From: an uncultured Methanosarcinaceae archaeon
GTDB lineage: Archaea > Halobacteriota > Methanosarcinia > Methanosarcinales > Methanosarcinaceae
Reading direction: 5' to 3'
DNA: 64,000 nucleotides
Assembly (NCBI GenBank): GCA_963833425.1
Contig: CAWHXP010000008.1
Location: 52,578-116,577 of the forward strand
A program made the translations under genes and the position numbers. The notes below the pieces were generated by a model. It did no database searches. It was not told where the DNA came from and saw nothing but the letters and a program-made list of their open reading frames with translations. This document shows, piece after piece, positions 56,003-64,000 of this stretch. Numbering within the stretch: position 1 is the stretch's first letter; each line of letters begins with the position of its first letter.

Positions 56003-56929
56003 ATGGGAAAAATATACTCCGACATAACATGGACAATAGGTAACACACCGCTTGTTAGGTTAAATCATATGACAGAAGATCTGTATGCTGATGTGGTAGT
56101 CAAACTGGAGTCTTTTAACCCACTGGGAAGTGTAAAGGATAGAATTGGATTGGCAATGATCGAAGGAGCTGAACGCGAAGGGAAGATCAAAAATGGTACT
56201 ATCATAATTGAGCCAACTAGCGGTAATACGGGTATAGCACTTGCAAGCGTATGTGCTGCCCGTGGCTATAAGCTTATATTGGTCATGCCTGAGACAATGA
56301 CTCTCGAAAGGGGAAAGCTACTGAAGGCCCTGGGAGCAGAACTCGTCCTGACACCCGGAAGCGAAGGAATGAAAGGAGCAGTCAGTAGAGCAGAACAAAT
56401 GGCTGCAGAAGATCCTATGCTTTATTTTATACCTCAGCAATTCCAGAACCCTGCAAATCCGGAAGTCCACCGCAGGACGACTGCCGAGGAAATATGGAAA
56501 GATACTGACGGCAAGGTAGATGTGCTTGTAGCAGGTGTGGGAACAGGGGGAACCATTACAGGTGTTGCAAGCGTCATCAAAAAAAGGAAACCTACTTTTA
56601 AGGTTGTTGCAGTCGAACCTGCCGAGTCTCCAGTTCTCAGTGGAGGAAGTCCGGGACCCCATCGAATCCAAGGCATCGGTGCAGGGTTCATTCCTGATGT
56701 ACTCCGGCTTGACCTGGTTGACGAGATAATTAAGGTAGATGGAGACGATGCCGCTGTTACTGCCAAAAGATTAGCAAGAGAAGAAGGTATCCTTGCAGGC
56801 ATATCTTCAGGTGCAGCTATATATGCGGCATTACAAGTTGCTTCCAGGGAGAAAATGATCGGGAAAATGATTGTTGTAATCTTACCGGATACTGGCGAGC
56901 GTTATCTGAGTACCCATCTGTTTGATTGA
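56003..56929 (+). CDS. cysK: Cysteine synthase A (O-acetylserine sulfhydrylase)
   Basis: [69 protein letters not shown]. Start is probably ATG 56003. Confidence 0.97.
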   Translation: MGKIYSDITWTIGNTPLVRLNHMTEDLYADVVVKLESFNPLGSVKDRIGLAMIEGAEREGKIKNGTIIIEPTSGNTGIALASVCAARGYKLILVMPETMTLERGKLLKALGAELVLTPGSEGMKGAVSRAEQMAAEDPMLYFIPQQFQNPANPEVHRRTTAEEIWKDTDGKVDVLVAGVGTGGTITGVASVIKKRKPTFKVVAVEPAESPVLSGGSPGPHRIQGIGAGFIPDVLRLDLVDEIIKVDGDDAAVTAKRLAREEGILAGISSGAAIYAALQVASREKMIGKMIVVILPDTGERYLSTHLFD

Positions 56930-58615
56930 TCTATTTGAAATTGAAGACAAAGCTGGGAAATAATACCATAGTATGGGATAACATAAAATTTGAAGCTAAG
57001 TTCCTTGCAGCAAATGCGTTACAGCCTGTAAATATGCGATTTGTCCTTGATGCGGCTAAGACAGAGTTTATGGAGACAGAAAAGTCTGTTATTGAAGCCG
57101 AATTTCAACGAAAAAAGAGAAGTGTGAAGGTATGGAATGACTTACATAGACTGACCAATGATGAAGACCGTTATGTGAGGTCTATTGCTACCGATGCTTT
57201 AGGCTCTGCGTTTTTTCAAGTGCCAGATAAACAGCAGGCATGGAATAGCTTACATAGACTAATCAATGATAAAGACTGTTATGTGAGGTCTAGTGCTACC
57301 TATGCTCTTGGTTCTGCGTTTTCTCAAGTGCTAGATAAACAACAGGCATGGAATGACTTACATAGACTGACAAATGATGAAGACAGTTTTGTGAGAACAT
57401 CCTCAAATCATTCTCTTGGAAGAGTTTCTATACTTAAGGCTTCCCAGGCAGAAACATATGAAGATTACAAAAGGGAATTGGAAAAGGCAATTAAATTTTT
57501 CGAAATTGCAGCACAGGAATCATTTACAAGTAGTAACCCATCAAAATTTTGTCTTTCTTTTTATCGATCATTTCATGCAATAATTTTCAAAAAACAAGAA
57601 GCTAAAGAAGAAGTGGACAAATATCTGGAAGAAGCTAAAGCTGCGATTAAAGGCTCAGAGAGCAAGAAACAGCTTTTTGAAGCTGTTGAAAACCTAGCAG
57701 AGGCATTAAAAGAAGTCCATAATTTAGGAAAACTGGACTTGCAGGGAATAAAAGATGAACTAAATTTCTATAGGAAATACTGTGATCGTGCTGCAGAACT
57801 AATGAAAGATACTGATGAAAAAGCACCGTTCGCGACAAAAGTTCTGAGAAAAGGATTACCAATCTTAGGCAGAAATCTAAAAGGGCTTCTAGAAGAGATT
57901 CAAGAAAAAGCAAAAGTATTTAGTGAGCAAACAAAAGGAACACAATTTGAACAATTGGGCAACGAATTAAATAAGAGCAGTCAGTTTCTTTTACAGGTTA
58001 GAGATCCATTAGGATTTAAAAAACAGGTGAATATTATGCAGAAAACATTGAAAGCTATTTGTTCCCAGTTCCCTGAAGGTCAGAAGGGTGAAGCATGCGA
58101 CTTGCTTGAAATGATATGCAGAGTCATCAATTGAAGATAAAATATATCTCATAAATAATATATTAAGTAAATTTCCCTCTCAATTGAATATGACAGCTCA
58201 TTTAAACATAGTCGAAAAGAAATTAGAGAAATTGAGTTGCATAAGCTACGATGTTTCCAAAATCAAATTATATTTAGCTAATCTCGTTATTCCAAATCTT
58301 GATTTTACAAAAAGAGAATTGAAAAAAAATACTGAAACATGCAGTCTAAACACGCTCGCTATAGATAAATTGAGTTCACAGACGAAGGAACTTAATGATC
58401 TGATAGAAGATGGGCTTAAAAAATTCGATGAGATGAGAACTTTAATTGATGAAATTCCAAAAAATAAAGACATCCAACTATTTTATGATGGGTTAAGTGA
58501 ATTAAGGCAATCGAAATCAGATACGTTATTGCAAAGGTATTCAGCAATAATTACATTACTTGAATTCGGGGAGAAAATTTTGTATTTGTGTATTCAACAT
58601 TATCCATTTAATTAA
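56926..58615 (+). pseudogene. Methanosarcina-type HEAT-repeat protein, N-truncated and frameshifted
   Basis: Repeats QQAWNDLHRLTNDED..VR..A..ALGSAF. A frameshift at ~58120 links ORF 56926-58134 to 58184-58615 (AESSIEDKIYLINNILSKFPSQLNMTAH). Confidence 0.75.
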
Positions 58616-59152
58616 AATTATTCTTTTCTTACAAGAAAGACAGGATAAAAATGAGAAAATCAATCCTAACTGCACAAAACAGAAAATGAAACCTATCCTA
58701 TAGTTTTGTCATCATAAATCTTAACCAAACTGAACCAGTTATTACTGTCAACCAGAAATTCATAATTCAGAGAGATATTGAATGGATCTATTCTACTTGC
58801 TGTCTTGCAAAGTCACAGAATAAATAAATGTTATTATATTACTAAAGATATATTATTTGCTTTTTAAGTAATAAAAACAAAGGCCGTAAACAATACAGGT
58901 ATTTATGGTAGTTTATAAATTACAAAATGAATCCATCGTTTAAGAAAGAATTATCGATCATTGGATAAACTAAAAATTTAGCTTTATGATAGCCTTGGAA
59001 ATTGAAGCACTACGTAGCAAGTATTCTTGCCATTTTTAGATTTGTGGCCGTAATATTTAGCTTGTGTAGCGAATCAATCTATACACTTGTTGTTGAAATA
59101 AGGCAGCTGAAAAAGATAGCATTTTGCAAATTAGCAAACCGGGGATAGAAAA

Positions 59153-59584
59153 ATGGTTGCTTATATCTGTGAAACTGAATTAAGTGATTTTGAGAAAGTT
59201 ATCGAGCTTTTTGAGCAGCTATGGCCGGGCAAGAGTTGAACTTGAATACTTTGCTGAAAGTCTTTTAAACCGGCATCATTTCTCCAGATAAAATGTATAT
59301 TAGTGCCGAAATTGATGGTAATATAATTGGATTTTGCTATCTTGTGATCAGAGAAAGCCTCCGGGTAGAAGGTCTATTGCGTTTGTTGATGAGCTGATTA
59401 TCGACGGATCTCTCGGGCTGATGGATTTCTCACTGAGTTGCTAGAAGCCGCTATTGCTGCCGCAAAGAAGAGAAGAGGCAAAATAGTTGAGCTTGATTCA
59501 GCTTTTCACCTGGAGGCTGCTCATAAATTTTATTCAAAGGAAGGCTTTGCAAAAAGACCATATCTCTTTTCAAAAGAGCCATGA
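59153..59584 (+). pseudogene. GNAT acetyltransferase pseudogene
   Basis: MVAYICETELSDFEKVIELFEQLWP...AEIDGNIIGFCYL...FVDELIID...ELLEAAIAAAKKR..KIVELDSAFHLEAAHKFYSKEGF. Contains frameshifts and stops. Confidence 0.8.
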
Positions 59585-59691
59585 TCATTAAAATTTAGAT
59601 TTTAATTGCCGTTTACGACTCAATATAAATTGAGCATAATTTAAAATAGATATCAGGAATACAATAAAATACGTCTAAGTGAGATAAGCAA

Positions 59692-60195
59692 ATGGATATG
59701 CATATGATAAAATCGGGCGGTTACTTTTTCTATAAGGATATGCGCTGTATTATCGGCGCTGTTATCTCATTCAAAGGATCACATTACATAGTTACAGCTT
59801 CTCATATATTTCGCGGGACAGGAGAATTCGTAAAAGTGAATGGTAGGAAACTCGTTGTCAAGACCATATTTAGAGATTTTGATTTGGCTCTGATAGAGCT
59901 TCCTACTGACTGCATGTTCGTAGTCACCAAATTCGGCAATGCAGTAGTACTGGAAACCGCTGCACTTGTCAATGATATGCATGTTATAAACTGCAAAGTA
60001 ATTAATGCCGGGGCTTCGCTGCTCTATCTACTCTTTTCAATCTCAGATCTACCGCAGCCGGGGGATAGCGGTGCCCCTATACTTCAAGCAGGGAAAGTAA
60101 TAGGGCTTTTATCCTCGGTAACGCTGAACAATTGCACGGGAACTGCAATAAGTGCTGCGCAGTTTCCAAGGTTGTTTGGCTCGACTTTAAAATAG
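59692..60195 (+). CDS. Trypsin-like (clan PA) serine protease, minimal 167-aa domain
   Basis: Catalytic triad motifs VTASH, FDLALI and PGDSGAP, followed by GKVIGL. Confidence 0.82.
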   Translation: MDMHMIKSGGYFFYKDMRCIIGAVISFKGSHYIVTASHIFRGTGEFVKVNGRKLVVKTIFRDFDLALIELPTDCMFVVTKFGNAVVLETAALVNDMHVINCKVINAGASLLYLLFSISDLPQPGDSGAPILQAGKVIGLLSSVTLNNCTGTAISAAQFPRLFGSTLK

Positions 60196-60650
60196 GCTGC
60201 TCATTTTGAAGTCATGGTTTTAAAAATATTGGCTCGACTTTGACACCGACTAGTGTGTCGATTCAAAAGTGAATCCACACTGGAAGGATAAATCATCTAT
60301 CAATGAATAGATTTAAGATTTAAGTTAGTGAGTGTATTTTGTAACCAAAAAGGACCTGGCAGCGTGAATTTTATGGCCGATGGATGGGTAGCTGCGCACC
60401 ATTCAATGGTGGGAGGCTGGTTGCTTTATTTGGAAATTTTGTCGTACCATAAAAAAACTAATTTTTAATTGTTGTCCAATTTTAAAACATTTTATGTGAA
60501 AATAACTTTTGTTCAGAAACAATTTTTCATAGAATTAATTTAAAATAACAATGGGAGCATACTATTTTCTAATGGAAGTGAATAGGTCAAGAGGAGTGAG
60601 GAAATTAAATAAAAGAGTATGTGATAATTGAACCGCCTGGTAGAGATCAT

Positions 60651-60693
60651 GTTTCGGATAGATGAACTTTAGGTTTCGGATAGATGAACTTTA
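60651..60693. repeat. 22-bp tandem duplication
   Basis: GTTTCGGATAGATGAACTTTA(G) x2. Confidence 0.9.
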
Positions 60694-60991
60694 AGTAAGG
60701 TCGCATCGGAAATGCCTTATATGGGAAATGGGGGAAACCACAACTCTTCCTGGTCTTTACATCAATTTTTTAATGCGGTTTATTACGATAGCAAGCCAAT
60801 TATTAGGCTAACAAAGTTGTTTATATTCAGACATTAATCAAGGAAAAGTACTCTTAAAAATTCAGCCCAGATAAAACAGTAATAATATAAAATTATCATT
60901 TAATGTTAAAATGGTTTAAAAAAAAGTTTTATTCATATACTATTTTTGTTAGAATTAATTTAAAATAACTAGCAATCTCGGTGAATATTAT

Positions 60992-61083
60992 AGAGGATTT
61001 CGAGAAACCTCCAATTTTAACAAATTACTTATATAGGTTTATATAAGCAACCAGCAAAAAATTGGGGTTTATCGAAATCCTCT
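60992..61083. mobile_element. ~90-bp MITE-like element, copy 3
   Basis: AGAGGATTTCGAGAAACC / GGTTTATCGAAATCCTCT, flanked by TA-rich bases. The interior is homologous to the reverse complement of 7084-7174. Confidence 0.7.
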
Positions 61084-61309
61084 ATAGTTTATCGAAATTT
61101 TTTGTTGTAATAGAATCGAATACAATCAACTAATTTTTGATAGCTTGAATTTTTACCAATAACAAATTCCTTTATAAGTATTAGTTTAGCCATAAAGGGG
61201 TGAAATAAATGTTGAAACAGCCATCTAGTGGAATAAAAAAGACACTTGGTATTTTGCTGGCAGTCCTTTTGTAGCATCAGTGACACAGCGGAGCGAATGT
61301 AAGAAGCAG

Positions 61310-61578
61310 AGATGGCGTTTCTGGCGACGATAAGAATGTAGATGTTGGCATGAAGTACGCTGCTTATAATCCTAAATTAGTTGAAATATCTGTAGGTGAT
61401 ACAGTAAGATGGAAGAACATGGACACAATTTACCATGTGGGTAGAAGGTCTATTTTCAAATCTGGTATAATGTCCCAGGGCAAAGTATGAGTTCCAGTTT
61501 ACCACACCTTGAGTTTATAATTATAAATGCCCGCTTCATTGTGATATACAGGAAACTCAACAGTTGTAGTGCAGTAGG
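61310..61578 (+). pseudogene. Plastocyanin/azurin-type cupredoxin pseudogene
   Basis: NVDVGMKYAAYNPKLVEISVGDTVRWKNMDTIYHV...FKSG.M..G..YEFQFTTP*VYNYKCPLH, with the type-1 Cu ligands His and Cys-x2-His. Confidence 0.8.
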
Positions 61579-62843
61579 AGAGTTTTATAAAGACTATTGA
61601 TACCTGGATTCAAGTTGTAATTATTTTTAAAATTTTGAATTTAAATTTTTTAAAGACTACTATTTGCATCGGTGTGCTGGTCATCGGTCGTATCATATTA
61701 GCTATCGATATTTTCAGCATAGGCTACAGTTCTTTTAATTTTTTTGTAGATTATGTATGGAAAGTTGGAAAATACATGCCAAATAAAAAAAAGTTTTATT
61801 CGATAGCTTAGTGTCAGAAGCTCTGATTTTAGTACTTTCAAGCATCGCAGTCGTAGCTGCAAGAAAATTCATCAGCACTCATCAAGATACAAGAGCAGGC
61901 TTTTAGAATTGAACCAACGGTTACTTTTTAATCTCTTAATTCTTAAATTAATACAACGCAAAATGGAACTGTGAAATCTTCCTAAAAAAATCCAAGTCTT
62001 AATAATGCAACATTGAAAGTTGATATGAATTTTAGTGTTCTTCCGACATCCACGTTTATTCAGAAGGTTGTAGCATATCAAGCGAAGTAGGTAGTGTAAA
62101 CGAGCATTTTTCCGTGCTATCTGGATTATCGAAAACAGTCACTTTGTATATTATAGGAGAGAAAACGAGCACATTCTTTATGGATCCCAATGTAAATTAT
62201 TGGCAAGATAAAAATAAAAATGACTTGAGTACATTGTGTCAAGATAGCTCATTTGATGTTACACTATCCTCGACTATCACATAACCAATGCAAGAACACA
62301 TTCACAATACTCCGGGATTTTATGTAGCAGGCTCAATACCCATATTAATTATTGTATTTATCTTAAGAAGGAATTGGTGAATTAGAACAATTAAAAAAAG
62401 TGAAAATATTGAGATAATGTTTGAGTATTAATAATCCACAAATTTGCAAGAAGATTCATTAAAAGATGATCATTTAGCTTGTGGATTGGCTCTAGGTGGA
62501 TACTCTAGAAATCACTGCCTAAATAATCGTAATTTGCCTACTTTTAGAACTCTGAAGACTTCGGAAATAATAAAAAATCATTATTAATATTTAATTGTTT
62601 TTTGGTTGTGAAAAATCTGATGGGATTATTTTTTTTGTTTAGAAACTATTTTTCGTATAATTAATTTAAAATAACTACGGAGATAATTGTATATTGTACC
62701 ACAATAATACCCGTGAATAGACCAAAAAAATTTGCATCCGGTAGAATAGAATCGCTTGGAAGATGTTGGTCTTATTTAGAATTAAATATACATTATACAA
62801 AATTTCTCGTTCCTAAAAATTAAATTAAGGAGTTAACGGCTCT

Positions 62844-62963
62844 ATGGCGTTAGTAGTTATAGCAACAGTGGCAGCTTCGGCAGCAGTGACAGCAGCTGCA
62901 GCTTACAAGTTGAAAGAATACTATGCTAGTTATAAAAAGAAAGGCAAGAGTAAAAGGTTGTAG
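62844..62963 (+). CDS. Unannotated small single-TM protein (39 aa) MALVVIATVAASAAVTAAAAYKLKEYYASYKKKGKSKRL
   Basis: AAGGAG RBS and a TATA-like TTAAATA at ~62781. Hydrophobic helix followed by a basic tail. GC-richer than its flanks. Confidence 0.6.
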   Translation: MALVVIATVAASAAVTAAAAYKLKEYYASYKKKGKSKRL

Positions 62964-64000
62964 GTTTTCCATACTTCTCTATAGTTTTAATTTTTAAGCT
63001 TAAGTACTTGAAATCGAAATTCTTACTTCGATCGTATGAGTCCAATTTGATATATGATTGTTAAATACGCATTTTTTTGTGTCTAACTAGATGTATTTTC
63101 TCATTTTCAGCCCAACTAGAGACAATTTTGACTTAATTGTTATGGGGAATACTAAATTTTTATTAATATCAATGTAATGCCTACAAAAAGTTTAATACGA
63201 TAATTTAAATTCCTGATAATTGACGTGCTGAAGAAAGATTAAATGGAAAAATTGACAGATGATTGGAGCGAATACAAGCTACACCCAAACTAAAAGCATC
63301 AATTTTTAGTGAACTTGGAGAACCATTAACTTTTAGAGAAATATTGCTAGATAAATGGAGTAATAAAATTGAAATTGTATTTACTCAGTGGAATACCATT
63401 TTGAAATAAAATTTAATAAAAATCTCTGTATACTATTTTCTTTGACTCAATTGCATGTAATAGTTATTTCTTCCTTAAAATTTCCTTGATATATTTTTTA
63501 ATGGATGTTAAGACGTAAATGAGCTCTCAGAGTTGCATCGAGATTTTCATTCCATTTAAAATTTAGAACAAGAAATCTTTTTTCCATATTGTCATGATGA
63601 AAAGGAACTATATGAACTGTTTTAAATCTATAATTTTCCTGAAAAGTATTATCAGGTATGTTTGGATCATTCCCTTCTTCGAAATTGATATTCCAACTAC
63701 CTTCAGCCGGAGATATGATATTTATCTTGCCACCAATTGTTTTTGCAAGACCGATCTCTTTACTTCAGTGTCTCTTTCCATCGATGATAAGTACCTGGAT
63801 ATTTTTTTGTCATATTTCCAAATACCTGCTATGTTTTGTGCTTAGCTTCAATTTCAACTGCAACTGCCATAGTATTACTTCACAATTTTCTAACATCCTA
63901 TTAATAAATATTAAATTATATTGTCTAAAACCTTTCTGTTCTTAAATCAAATGTTGCTGCGTGCACAACACTTCAAAGACAGTGCATTAGTGATTCCCCA

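Noticed and set aside
63240..63870. Coding-like fragments on both strands at the window end (e.g. minus-strand IGLAKTIGGKINIISPAEGSWNINF...)
   Set aside because: Interrupted by stops and frameshifts and not assignable to any family by eye. Probably decayed genes.

Overview
AT-rich chromosomal window from a methanogenic archaeon, almost certainly Methanosarcina: it has mch, mtxX and an AtwA-like ATPase, plus YVTN/PKD/TPR/HEAT proteins and Methanosarcina-type IS elements. About 25 genes look intact, covering only about a third of the window by my sum of their lengths. They include a MEDS histidine kinase, a flavodoxin-like protein, a PPP phosphatase, eno, an OapA/OapB-type GTPase operon, hxlB, an aminotransferase, a DUF5591 protein, a 31x9-aa repeat surface protein, cutA, trm112, a SufS-type desulfurase, Bax1, cysK and a trypsin-like protease. 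The rest is largely decayed genes and IS debris: IS6 x3, IS5-like x3, IS66, IS200, an integrase and MITEs. The most interesting unannotated signals are these five. (1) A perfect 16-bp palindrome, ATTCACAATTGTGAAT, lies at the same distance from the TATA box in front of both a decayed CooS/ABC unit and a decayed isc unit next to cysK, suggesting a sulfur/Fe-S regulon. (2) A strongly structured ~145-nt leader plus an unannotated 52-aa ORF precedes the cysteine desulfurase. (3) There is a candidate multi-hairpin ncRNA at ~25.2-25.4 kb. (4) An XPB helicase is broken by one 16-bp tandem duplication and is followed by a Bax1 gene that can only start at CTG. (5) An oapAB operon has an unknown third gene instead of the Zn-ribbon OapC. 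No rRNA, tRNA or CRISPR array was seen. All family assignments come from motif recognition by eye, not database searches.
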